In this document: piece by piece, positions 31,001 through 40,698 of the stretch
Layout: each line of letters begins with the position of its first letter
How positions within the stretch are numbered: position 1 is the first letter of the stretch
Assembly (NCBI GenBank): GCA_024704765.1
Contig: JAKMXF010000318.1
Coordinates: forward strand, 186,001-250,000
DNA length: 64,000 nucleotides
Direction: 5' to 3'
Origin: Oopsacas minuta
Taxonomy: Eukaryota > Animalia > Porifera
Program-made: the position numbers and the translations under genes
The notes under the pieces: generated by a model
The model's database searches: none
Seen by the model: only the letters and a program-made list of their open reading frames with translations
What the model was told of the DNA's origin: nothing

Positions 31001-34000
31001 AGCTGTTAAATCGAGCTGGAAATCAAATGTGAATTTAAGTCTGTATGTTATTAGAACTGGGTCTAGACCTTTTGTTGACATGAATGGATTGGGCTGAAGT
31101 GTACAAATTTGATGACGTGATGTCTGTGAACAGCTGTCGCCAGATAGCTCGTTTGTATCGTTAACCTGTCGTTGTACAACTTCAATATTCTCTGGGAAGA
31201 GAGCAGTGAAATATGTTTGTAGCGCGACGTCATCTTCATTATTCGTTACTTTTATACTAATCGTGAATATATCTTCAGAAATATTAAGTTGAGTTAGAGG
31301 TAGGAATTCTAAGGCTAAATCTACATTACATACACCGTCACTACAAGGATGTTCTAACAGTAGATCCCTCATAGCGTAGCCTTGTTGGTAGAGAAGTTCA
31401 GGACTAATATCAAGTGTAGGGATAATTGTAGAGAACATTGTATCGTTAGATATAATATTCTGTAATTCAGGTGGCGATGAGTGTACATCTAGTGTCAGAC
31501 TTACAGGTGATATATCACCGAAATTACTCACGAAATATGCTGTGAAATTTCGTGGGGAACATATTCTCTTGTTCACTTGTAGCTCAATACGATCTTCAAC
31601 TCTACTCTGCTTTCCTTGATCTATGAAGTATACACGTTGTGTATCATTCCTCCCTAAATCTAGATCAATGAAATAATCTATAGAGAATACATTGATCTGT
31701 CCTTGCTGTACAGAAGTCAGGTTAAAGCAAGCACGTACTTGAAAGCAAAGAACTTGAATACCAGCTCCTTCAATCGTACTCTCACAGGTGGGATTAGTGA
31801 CGTCAAACATACCATCCACGGGTACCAGCTCTCCATCTTCTGTAAATACTTCAAACACAGCCTCTATTCTAACTAGAGGGCTACCTGCTAGAACTTTAAC
31901 CTTTTCAATTGTAGGGTCACTGAATGCTATATCTGCGTACCCATCTCCGTTAAAATCTACACCTCCATGCAATGCGTATATTCCAGTAAATCCATACTGA
32001 GAAGTATCAATGTATTGTGCGAATACTAATTCAGCTGAGGGCGTGCCCAGATATACATATATATTGGGTGTGTTCAGTCCACCTACAGCTATATCTGGTA
32101 CTCCATCGCGGTTAATATCACCTAGATCCGTTATACTACCGCCTAACCTATCATACGGCTCTCCTTTTAAACTGTCCACATAAAAAAGTTCACACACACC
32201 ACCATTATTAATCCCCTTATAAACCGTGATTTGTCCTCTGTCTGGGGAAAGCGGTGCGAATGTGGTCTGTAGTGGACTCCCTACGATCAAATCGTCACAA
32301 CCATCGCTCGGGTCAAAGTTCACTACGAGCATAGAATACCCATAATAACTTCCTATAGTATCACCAGAGGCTATAACGGTAGGAGATAAAGTACCGCTTG
32401 TTGACTCACTGAATGCTATTATAGCTCCTTTATGGTTATTATACCTAGGAGCAGATGCTATAACGTCCTTTTCAATAGCTGTATCACCGGGTACTGAGAA
32501 ATAACCGTAGTCTACTGCATAGCCTACGTATGAGGAAATTGAACCAATTTTAAGCTCATTTACGTTCCCTGCTAGTCCACTAAGTCTCCCACCGAAATCA
32601 AAACTTGTGTTTGTGTAATGGATCTGATCAACACTGCCGATTGAAAACCCAGCTGTATCGCGATTTGTTAAGGGTGCGCCTGCTATTATTCGGAACGTGT
32701 CTTCTGTCTCTTTGCGGATTTTAACACTACTCCCACTGGCGAATATTCCCTTATCCCCATAGCTTAAATATGCCCTGAACATCGTTTCATTGAGATCCTG
32801 AGCCAAACCTACACAACTCCCAAATGGGAGATTATCCAACAGGTGTAGAGGAGCGCATGCAGCTGCGTGACCTGCTTCATCATTAGAAGTGACTGAGAAT
32901 CCCATTAGAGATCCGTTTTTAGCCTGATTGAAATCATCCACTGTATTGTAAACGAATGACTCACCAGGGATAATTTGTGGATCACTTGCACTAGCGCTTA
33001 GTGTACCGTTATGCTTTCCAACATCTAACTGTGCGCATGTACAGACTAGATTATCTTCTAGTTTACAAGAATACACAGTACCTTCTCTACTTGAACCTAT
33101 CATTGCTTTTGGAGCTCCAACCAGGAGAACTTTGCTGTCATCTGGAAGTATGTGAGCTGCTAGTGAGAATCCGAATAGATTGCCTTCTTTAGAGCCCAGT
33201 TGACAAATAGAAACTCCAGATCCGTTAACGAAACTAAAAGCATCTGTGTAAGAGAGTACTGATGCGAGGAAGAAAAGTACTAACACTCTGTGAGAGTGAA
33301 TTATCATTGCAAATAAAATATAGCTAAGTTGAATAAATAAAGTCAGTGAAAATTTAATGAAAAGTTGTGACAATGTACTCATTATATATGTACGTACGTT
33401 CAAATTATTTAATTAACCTACGTATTAGCCAAATAACCTCAGCTTTCACTCACTATTATTATTAATTGTCAAAGGTTTATTGCGTATAATGCCTAATGCG
33501 AGTACTTAGAGATTATAATTTAGAGTTATAGAATATATAAGGTAAGGAATTAATTGAAGGGATTCCGCTATGGAGAATGTACAAATTCCGTTATAATTCT
33601 ATTAATAAATTAATATTTATCATTTTGTAGATTCATTTTGATATAGAATGGCATGCTGTTCAAAAAACGAAAGACAGTAGAGCAGCAGATACCCACACGT
33701 TAATGGAACTCAGATATGTTATTCTAAAGACTCCATGTTCTGACATATTACTGACTAATGATAACGATACGATTCTAGAAGGTTTTTTCGATGAGATCTA
33801 TCAATGGACTGTTCTAGGTCATGTTATTTACAGTGGACAAGCTATGAATCCTGATACCGGCTACAATATTACAAAGAGTGTTAATGCTACTGGAAATTAC
33901 TATGTATTGCTTTCTATTGCTAACCAGGATGAGAGCCCAGGAGTAAAGGTTTGTTGCTAGATCATGAACCTTTAACTGAACTTCTGCATAAATATTCTTC

Positions 34001-35398
34001 ACTAAATTCACTTACCTGAAATTATATTGTATATAGGGAAGAGTTGTAACGAGTATGTCAAGCTGGTATGGCTATCTGTCGATTAAGCATTATCCTTTCC
34101 TTATATTCTACGCTCTAATGGTGGTGGCCTATCTAATACTGAATCTGGTGTGGTTAATTCTAATCCTAATTTCAATTAAAAACTTAATTCGCCTACAGTT
34201 CGTCATTCTAGCTGTATTGCTATTAAGCTATTCAGAACAATTCCTTTTCCTTCTGGACTATGCATACATGAATATAACTGGTAATGATCCAAAAGGCTTG
34301 ATTTATGTAGCAGAGTTTGTTTCAGCATTTAAAAGGACACTAGCTAGAGTTCTTATAGTCATTGTGTGTCTCGGATTTGGGACAGTTAAGCCACGTCTTG
34401 GTACAGCTAATATTCGTCTGTTGGTAGCTGCTTCTTTAATATATTTCTCCGTAGCATGTGTAACAAGTGGAATCAATGCGATTAATGATTATGAATATCA
34501 GAATATTTGGTATCTCCGTATTTTATTGATTATCTTTGATATTGCTTGGTTCTATTGGATATTTTATGCCTTAGTTAACACGAGACGTGCACTGAAGTTA
34601 CGTAGAAATACAATCAAACTTGCTTTGTATAACTCGTTAGGAATTGTGTTGATATTCGCAGCTATTGCCTCATTCGCTTTAATCCTGGTCTATGTGTATA
34701 TCTTCCTTATTAACGATTGTGATTCTAACTGGAATGAGCGTAGAGCAGATCTCATTTTCTGGCCCTCTCTATTCTTAATTCTCCAAACAGCTATTATGAT
34801 CATTTGGAGACCGAGTAACAATGATAAGAGGTTTGCTTTTGTGCCTCTGGGAGATGGGGGTGATGAAGAGGGAGCTCTTGATAAACCACTTGAATCTGAA
34901 GAAGGAATTGTGTATAGGTAAGTCAGTACAGTAGACCCTCACTAATCCGAACAGGACTGGATAATGTTCTAAAATTTCAAAAAAGACCTAATAATTGTAT
35001 CCAATACTACTGCAGACAAATACATAATGCTATATTACACATGTTGGTAGCCTTTTCATCATTTGTACAACTGTACTCCTAGATCCTATGGTATTGTTTC
35101 AATGCATTTCGCTAATTCACATGAATCATTTTCCAATTGGAACAGTGCTGAACAGATTAGCGAGGGTGTATTGTATATTGCTGCGTAGCAAAATAATTAT
35201 TTATATAATAGGAACATTTCTATGGCGCCATTACTAAAGAGATTAGATGATGATGAAGATCTAGAGTGGGCTGAGCAGAACATTCCTAAAGGCAAGAACG
35301 ATACAACCGAATCCACAGTAGATACAGTGCTGAATACGTTTATACCGTCTGACGAGGAACGAGAAGAGAAAACGAGAGAAATTTCAAAACTTCATTAG
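28059..35398 (+). CDS. TMEM87: TMEM87 (GOST/lung-7TM family); exon 1 assignment tentative
   Basis: Exons 28059-28223 (signal peptide; tentative), 33631-33948, 34037-34918, ~35212-35398. 7TM region GYLSIKHYPFLIFY...SAFKRTLARVLIVIVCLGFGTVKPRLG...IWRPSNNDKRFAFVPL; C-terminus EDLEWAEQNIP...SDEER...ISKLH is typical of TMEM87. Confidence 0.8.
28289..29668 (-). CDS. DBR1: Lariat debranching enzyme
   Basis: IAIEGCCHGELD, LLLCCGDFEAVR, FIGGNHEA, THDWP, WFAAHLHCKF, TKFLALSKCLPGKHFLQ. ATG at 29668 fits the homolog start. Confidence 0.96.
   Translation of the reverse strand: MSLTIAIEGCCHGELDNIYSTIDYIQKENNIEIDLLLCCGDFEAVRCPADLDSMSVPLKYRNMGTFYKYYTGEKVAPVLTIFIGGNHEAANYLWELGHGGWAAPNIYYLGFAGVVNFGGIRIGGLSGIYGYHDFYKGHFEAPPFNESTKRSFYHTRNFEIFQLKQVRRPIEVFMTHDWPNHITDFGDRNKLVRFKPYLHSDIEKGELGNPHSEQLIYSLKPDYWFAAHLHCKFAALVPHEQPVSSKECDNLSDAKRQKVETTDKPQKFTKFLALSKCLPGKHFLQVLTLPSSEGDKILTYDAEWLSILKSTHEFYPVTEVKWVKPTQRLGDRWIFTPTDVEMEDIRKLFNHDLTIPQNFVKTVEPFDMAYRPNENPQTRQFCQKLGIINHFKLKIMTSQRHSFSMDTEYPCAQESGAYTLYSPTDHFPAISPNQFSTHRELQQNMSPDITAQFPFQGPQ
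29753..29854. repeat. Palindromic element (~28-30-bp inverted arms), probable MITE
   Basis: tagatatataaccatggatggtggatttag ... ctaatctaccatccatggttaatatcta with a ~44-bp spacer. Confidence 0.8.
30098..33307 (-). CDS. Integrin alpha chain without an I-domain; single exon
   Basis: SP from ATG 33307; FG-GAP repeats (FGFSLA, LLVGAP, YYGYSM, LIVGSP); Ca-binding loops DINRDGVPD and DFNGDGYAD; thigh/calf region; TM IFPIIAGVVAGIAVIIVIGIIIWLI. Confidence 0.9.
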   Translation of the reverse strand: MIIHSHRVLVLFFLASVLSYTDAFSFVNGSGVSICQLGSKEGNLFGFSLAAHILPDDSKVLLVGAPKAMIGSSREGTVYSCKLEDNLVCTCAQLDVGKHNGTLSASASDPQIIPGESFVYNTVDDFNQAKNGSLMGFSVTSNDEAGHAAACAPLHLLDNLPFGSCVGLAQDLNETMFRAYLSYGDKGIFASGSSVKIRKETEDTFRIIAGAPLTNRDTAGFSIGSVDQIHYTNTSFDFGGRLSGLAGNVNELKIGSISSYVGYAVDYGYFSVPGDTAIEKDVIASAPRYNNHKGAIIAFSESTSGTLSPTVIASGDTIGSYYGYSMLVVNFDPSDGCDDLIVGSPLQTTFAPLSPDRGQITVYKGINNGGVCELFYVDSLKGEPYDRLGGSITDLGDINRDGVPDIAVGGLNTPNIYVYLGTPSAELVFAQYIDTSQYGFTGIYALHGGVDFNGDGYADIAFSDPTIEKVKVLAGSPLVRIEAVFEVFTEDGELVPVDGMFDVTNPTCESTIEGAGIQVLCFQVRACFNLTSVQQGQINVFSIDYFIDLDLGRNDTQRVYFIDQGKQSRVEDRIELQVNKRICSPRNFTAYFVSNFGDISPVSLTLDVHSSPPELQNIISNDTMFSTIIPTLDISPELLYQQGYAMRDLLLEHPCSDGVCNVDLALEFLPLTQLNISEDIFTISIKVTNNEDDVALQTYFTALFPENIEVVQRQVNDTNELSGDSCSQTSRHQICTLQPNPFMSTKGLDPVLITYRLKFTFDFQLDLTAVTFRFNISSPKSIDVNPANNEILPVINLNASSDLFFQVKSSNDRVTLQEMDDGSYAGVDFQVTFRVGNRGPSWLPSESMRVVIFWPLCIRGYCSVNFDPEDSIDILINSISYITQSFICENPRRLNETLPPPPSDNSSTFNSFQLCNQTAICLPIVCTVQLLRANSNTYISIASSFTLGSEVRIPNSLLFEPTGYLKIPEIPKVTLGTLNTADISQKIYIFPEATLEQCILIFPIIAGVVAGIAVIIVIGIIIWLIQFTKRERYIVVKRRTKETGSRPITPSTTGQLRPSDSAGIETSQV
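34929..35173. mobile_element. MITE family B copy in the last TMEM87 intron
   Basis: TA|cagtagaccctcactaatccg ... cagattagcgagggtgtattg|TA; the interior aligns with 59587-59881 (aattgtatccaatactactgc, ttccaattggaacagtgc). Confidence 0.85.
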
Positions 35399-35640
35399 AT
35401 TTCCTTATTATATTACAAACAAGCTGCATTGTTCATAAGTAAAGTCAAATAATTTGATGTCTATTGTATTGTAACTTCTTTTCTGCTAAGACTTCTCCTG
35501 TATCATAGTAAATAGATTAAGATTGAAGTTATTAGATTATTATTATAACTAATGTATTTCTTATAATTGTAATGAACACTTTATACTCTTATAAAGAAGG
35601 CCGTATGTGTATTATCGGAGTATATTTGTTATAAATAGCA

Positions 35641-36360
35641 ATGAAGTTATCTGCATTATGCCAACGTCAATGTAAAGACACTGCAAAGTTTCGTTTCTTC
35701 AGTAATTCAGAACATAAAAATATTAAGAAATCAACAAAAGTTACATGTTGGAAGTGTCAAAAATGTATAGTGTTAAACCCATCACATACATATTCTAGGA
35801 GATACTTCTGTCCTTGTGAACGGAGAATTATACTACCTTATACGAAACATACGAATTATTTTGAAATATACGATTCACTTCCAACTTTCAAAATTGATGT
35901 TTCGAAATTAAAATCAACTTACCTGAAGCTACAGTATCAATTCCACCCAGATAGATTTAGTACAAGTTCACAAAGGGAACAGGATATGGCAGCTGAGCAT
36001 TCTGCGGTTGTTAGCACCTCTTATAAGACAATCTCTAACACATACTCGAGGGCTTTATACCTGCTTTTATTAGAGGGAATTGATTTAGAAAAAACTGGAA
36101 ATACATCTGAGATTGCTCCAGAATTCTTAATGGAAATGTTTGAAACGAATGAGCAATTAGAAGATGGATTAAATGATAGAGATTTGATTGAATTGAAATT
36201 AAAAACACATAAACAAATTTCAAAATGTTATTCAGATCTAATACCAGCATTCTGTAATAGGAATTTCGCGAAAGCTAAATCTATTGTGGCTCAATTGCAA
36301 TACTACAGGAATATTCTTAACAAAATTGGAGATATTTTGGATGCAAACACGAATTTATAG
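35641..36360 (+). CDS. HSCB: Iron-sulfur cluster co-chaperone HscB/Hsc20
   Basis: Mitochondrial-type leader; CWKC...FCPC zinc knuckle; J-domain LQYQFHPDRF; C-terminal EFLMEMFETNE. Confidence 0.93.
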   Translation: MKLSALCQRQCKDTAKFRFFSNSEHKNIKKSTKVTCWKCQKCIVLNPSHTYSRRYFCPCERRIILPYTKHTNYFEIYDSLPTFKIDVSKLKSTYLKLQYQFHPDRFSTSSQREQDMAAEHSAVVSTSYKTISNTYSRALYLLLLEGIDLEKTGNTSEIAPEFLMEMFETNEQLEDGLNDRDLIELKLKTHKQISKCYSDLIPAFCNRNFAKAKSIVAQLQYYRNILNKIGDILDANTNL

Positions 36361-36446
36361 ATCTACATATATAGCTATCAATGTTATGGCAAATACTCAC
36401 TTACTTATATTTTGTAGCCGAAATATTAACAATTAAACTTAATATA

Positions 36447-36610
36447 CAGACAACTCCCCGTTATATCGAAGAAGCTTAATGGACCGCGAAAATAATCAGA
36501 TAAGCGATATAGTCCGTGTAATTTATATTACTTTTGAAGGTTTGGGAGCATATTTTTACAATTTTAAGCTTTGATATAATCGTGTATCTCGATATAACCG
36601 GAGTTGACTC
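36447..36610. mobile_element. MITE family A copy immediately upstream of CFAP74
   Basis: TA|cagacaactccccgttatatcg ... cgatataaccggagttgact. The ORF-track TTG start at 36604 lies inside this TIR. Confidence 0.8.
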
Positions 36611-36669
36611 AAGAAATTATTAAATTAAACAAAGATTTCGTATTAGAAAGCCGAGAAATATATATTTAT

Positions 36670-39600
36670 ATGGCCGAGGAAGATATAGCAAGGAATTTCT
36701 TCCATCAAACACTTGACAAGCTCCGTGAAGAGAAAGACAAAGAAAGAGAAGTTGAACAGAAGAAGAAGGACAAGATGACGTCAGCATATGCATCTTTGCA
36801 TCAAAACATTATAGAGAATAGAGGTGTATTGAATGCTATACAGGATGTTAAGATGTATGAGAAAATTCAAAAGGATAATGAGAGAGAAGAAAGGCGAAAA
36901 CACTTGCTAAAACTGGATAAAGATCCTAATGAACAGTTTCTTATGGAAGAGAGATTTGAAAAGTATAAGGATAGGAAAAAAGCTTTTGAAAAGAAAACAG
37001 AAGAAGGTAAGGAAATGATTTTAGAGCGAATAATTCGGGAAGAGAAAAATCGCAAAAAGCAAGAAAGGAAAAACTCAAATTTACACTGGATGGATAAGTA
37101 TGATTCACAAGCTATGAAGAGGAATGCCAGCAGGAAACTGCCTAGAGTTAAGTTACATAAACGATCTCATACCAGTGCTAAGAAATATATCAAAGAATCT
37201 GAAAGAGAGAAAGAAAGGGGAAGAGACAGTGCAGGAGAGGTGGATAAGAACAGTGGTAGTTCTGGAGAGGAGATCCTTCCCGAGCCAGAATACAGAGGGC
37301 TTTGGGAGATATATTCTAAACAAAAACCGCCCAAACAAGAACCGAAATTAATATCAGACGAATCCATGCAGAAAGCTATGGAGAAACTTAGGACTGGAAT
37401 TGTTAGGAAACAAGTCGCAGCTGGGAGAGAGTTCAAAGGTCTACCCTTTCGATCACAACCTGATACTGTCCTTTTCAAAGACTTTGAAATTAATAAGCCT
37501 TACCTCAAAAAAGTTCAGCTTACAAATGTATCTTATACAGTCAACTATTGTAAGTTTGTAGAAGTCACTGATAATCTGAAAGACTTCTGTTTCGTAGAAT
37601 TCGACCCTCCTGGCTCCCTTTCAGCCGGATTGACTTGTTGGTTCCAAATCAAATTCATCCCTAAAATTGATATAGATATTGAAGGGGCAGTTTGTTTCAT
37701 GACTCAATCCGGTCCCTTTGAAATACCAGTCAGCTGTTGTATGAAGAAATGTATTGTTTCTTTAGAGAAAGAGAGAATTGATTTCGGAAGAATTTGCAAA
37801 GGTGAAAAGGCGAGAAAATGTATTGAACTGAAAAACGAAGGAATAATTCCAACAGATTTCACCATAGGAGATATAATACAAACTGAGACAACTGAAGAAA
37901 TACAACTTGAGGAAGTTGAGCAATCACAAGTACAACTGGATGAAAACCAAGGATCAGGATTAGAGATTATGAAAACAGAGCTAATAGAAACTAGCTATAT
38001 AAAGTGTTTGAAATCTAGTGGGTGTTTAGAAGGGTACTCTGAAACAGTTGTTGAATTCGAGTTTACACCGCATGAAGCAGGCGTAGAGGTGAGAGATTTC
38101 ACGATTAGATTCAGTCATAAAGGGATAGAACCAGTCATTTGTACAGTCTGTGCAGAGAGCGTAGATCTTCCTATTTTCCTTGAAAAAGAATCACTCGATA
38201 TGAGAATATGTACAGTAGGCTATTTCTATCAAGATTCAATTGTAATACAAAATCAAGCTACAAACTCAATGAATATTTCAAATGATATACCGAATTCTCT
38301 CAACAATATTATTCAAATTCTACCCAAAAACGCGTTAGTTCAAGGCCAAAATAAGCTCAATATACAGCTACAATTTACTCCAAATCTAGAGCTCTGGAAT
38401 GAAATGTATAATCTGTATTTTGATTCAGAAAATGGAGAGTTTCAGGTTAAATTCAATTTCCTTGTAAAAGGACAGACTCTCCCGCTTCCATTCACACTCT
38501 ATGCAACCGTCACTCGTGCGGAAATAATCTTCGATAAAACGCAAATTAACTTCGGAACTTGTCACATGCAAGAGTGTATTACATCAACAGTACAACTCAC
38601 AAACAATTCATTATTGCCACAGAAAATAGGATTCATATCAATGCCAGATTTTATAACTATTAGCCCAGAAGACGGCTTCATAACCTTAGTACCGAAGGAA
38701 GAATGTACTCTACGTATTACATTTACTCCTGATAAGATTAGATTTAACGAGTTCTCTCTCACATGTAAGACTCAATACGATAGAGATTATATTATCCACT
38801 GTACAGGAAAGGGAGTACAATCAGGACTACAGCTGTCACACACGAAAATATCATTCAGGTCCACGATTATTGATGATTTTTCGTTCGCGAAAATTCATAT
38901 TTCAAACCCTAGAATTGCTCGTCTCTCAAGTGCGAAGGTCCGAGGAGTAGCCCCTGTGAATACTAACAGGATATTCCAGTTTGAAGTACCAGATTCCGCG
39001 AATATAAGAATCACACCAGAAGCAGGTAAACTAGAGCCTGGAGATGAACTTAAAATTTGCATAGAATTTTCTCCTATTATCCCTATACAAGATATAATAG
39101 ACCTTGCTAGAGAGAATACAAAAGAAGAAGTGACGTCACTTGAAGGCGGTACGAATTCGAAAGTTTCTATTCTCGAGAAGAAAGGTAGTAATGTTATGTT
39201 AGGGAAGAATTCTAAGCTCAATATGGATGTTCCTGTCAAAGAAAAGATAAAGGAAGATTCTCCAGCATGGTGTGAGGCTAGGGAGAAACTTATTCAAATG
39301 TTTGAGGACAAATTAGAAACATTCCGTATACCATGTTACGTTTCCATAGCAACCCAATCACCTACAGTTCTCCCGGATGAGACACTTCACCTTGAAGTAA
39401 CGCTACCTTCAACCAAACCAAAATTGAAAGTAAATTGCTTGCAAGGAAAATGTGTTGATTTCGGCGAATGCTTGATCGGAATGAAAATCGTTCAAAAGTT
39501 GGAATTAGAAAATATCTCCAATCAGGAAATAACATTCAAAGTCAATCCATTGAATGTCAACGGCCCTTTTGAGGTTATAAATACTCCAAGGCCGATTCCT

Positions 39601-40512
39601 CCTGGAAAATTATTTAATTTGGTTGTAAATTTCGTTCCTGAAACGAATGAACTGTGTCATGAAGAATGTATCATATACTACGATGAATACAACAGAATAT
39701 CTTTCTTTCTAACTGCTAAAGGGGTAGAACCTGAAATAGACTTGTTGGATTCACAAGATAATCTGATGGGAGATGAGCTTGCCTTAGGTGATGTTGTATT
39801 GAATGAGAGTTTAGAGTACATTTTCGCGATTTCTAATAAAACAACAATCGCTATCGACTATTGGTGTGAATTATCTGATCTCGATACAGGGAATAATTTC
39901 ACCGGATTGCCTGCATTCAATATAACACAATTCCATGGAGTGGTTGAGGCTAATTCTAAAAAAGATATAACTATAATTTTCACACCGGATCGACCATCAC
40001 TCCATTTTGCGGAAAAAATCAAAATTCGAATAAACAAAAAACAAAATTACTTTACTTTCAAAATAACAGGCAGAGGCCATGAGATGAATCTCTATCCTCA
40101 TCATGATTATATTCACCCAAAGGATATTATGGTAGATCCTTACCCGAAAAGGTATCATGACATCATCAAGGTGATAATATATAGGAAAATAGATGATGAC
40201 GTCACGACTGCACATGACGTGTTAAAGATAACTAATATTAAACATAGGACAACTGGGCATAAACCGAATGGTGATTTCTTGCTTGAAATGATAGAGCCTA
40301 TTCCTACGAGAAAAGCGTTTCTATTAGAACCAATGAAGTCTGTTGTAGAGGCAGGTACAACTTTTGAAGTTAACATCACGTTTGATCCGAAACAGCTGGA
40401 GGCAGGAGAGATCAGACAGCTGGCTTATTACAAGCTCACATTGAAAGGAGATGTAGTGAAGCAGTACTGTCTGTTACTGCGAGGGGTAGATGCTACACAC
40501 ATGCTAGTATAG
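36670..40512 (+). CDS. CFAP74: Cilia- and flagella-associated protein 74; single exon
   Basis: Coiled-coil N-terminus, then PFRSQPDTVLFKDFEINKPYLKKVQLTNVSYTVNYCK...FDPPGSLSAGLTC, matching CFAP74, and repeated ASH/Ig-like DFG modules. True ATG likely 36670. Confidence 0.88.
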   Translation: MAEEDIARNFFHQTLDKLREEKDKEREVEQKKKDKMTSAYASLHQNIIENRGVLNAIQDVKMYEKIQKDNEREERRKHLLKLDKDPNEQFLMEERFEKYKDRKKAFEKKTEEGKEMILERIIREEKNRKKQERKNSNLHWMDKYDSQAMKRNASRKLPRVKLHKRSHTSAKKYIKESEREKERGRDSAGEVDKNSGSSGEEILPEPEYRGLWEIYSKQKPPKQEPKLISDESMQKAMEKLRTGIVRKQVAAGREFKGLPFRSQPDTVLFKDFEINKPYLKKVQLTNVSYTVNYCKFVEVTDNLKDFCFVEFDPPGSLSAGLTCWFQIKFIPKIDIDIEGAVCFMTQSGPFEIPVSCCMKKCIVSLEKERIDFGRICKGEKARKCIELKNEGIIPTDFTIGDIIQTETTEEIQLEEVEQSQVQLDENQGSGLEIMKTELIETSYIKCLKSSGCLEGYSETVVEFEFTPHEAGVEVRDFTIRFSHKGIEPVICTVCAESVDLPIFLEKESLDMRICTVGYFYQDSIVIQNQATNSMNISNDIPNSLNNIIQILPKNALVQGQNKLNIQLQFTPNLELWNEMYNLYFDSENGEFQVKFNFLVKGQTLPLPFTLYATVTRAEIIFDKTQINFGTCHMQECITSTVQLTNNSLLPQKIGFISMPDFITISPEDGFITLVPKEECTLRITFTPDKIRFNEFSLTCKTQYDRDYIIHCTGKGVQSGLQLSHTKISFRSTIIDDFSFAKIHISNPRIARLSSAKVRGVAPVNTNRIFQFEVPDSANIRITPEAGKLEPGDELKICIEFSPIIPIQDIIDLARENTKEEVTSLEGGTNSKVSILEKKGSNVMLGKNSKLNMDVPVKEKIKEDSPAWCEAREKLIQMFEDKLETFRIPCYVSIATQSPTVLPDETLHLEVTLPSTKPKLKVNCLQGKCVDFGECLIGMKIVQKLELENISNQEITFKVNPLNVNGPFEVINTPRPIPPGKLFNLVVNFVPETNELCHEECIIYYDEYNRISFFLTAKGVEPEIDLLDSQDNLMGDELALGDVVLNESLEYIFAISNKTTIAIDYWCELSDLDTGNNFTGLPAFNITQFHGVVEANSKKDITIIFTPDRPSLHFAEKIKIRINKKQNYFTFKITGRGHEMNLYPHHDYIHPKDIMVDPYPKRYHDIIKVIIYRKIDDDVTTAHDVLKITNIKHRTTGHKPNGDFLLEMIEPIPTRKAFLLEPMKSVVEAGTTFEVNITFDPKQLEAGEIRQLAYYKLTLKGDVVKQYCLLLRGVDATHMLV

Positions 40513-40698
40513 TATATGTATTACTGATCAATATACGTTTATCGAATATATAGCCGAATTATAGTATATTAATTTAATGGGATTTGTATACATTCGAAAT
40601 CGCACGTATTACGCACATGCAAGGAGGCAAAAACAGCGAAAAAATTGGGAAATGTAACATTATTTCGTATGTATTCATAAAGGTGTGAAAATATACAC

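Noticed and set aside
36604-36669. ORF-track N-terminus of CFAP74 (TTG start)
   Set aside because: Starts within a MITE TIR; ATG 36670 is more plausible.
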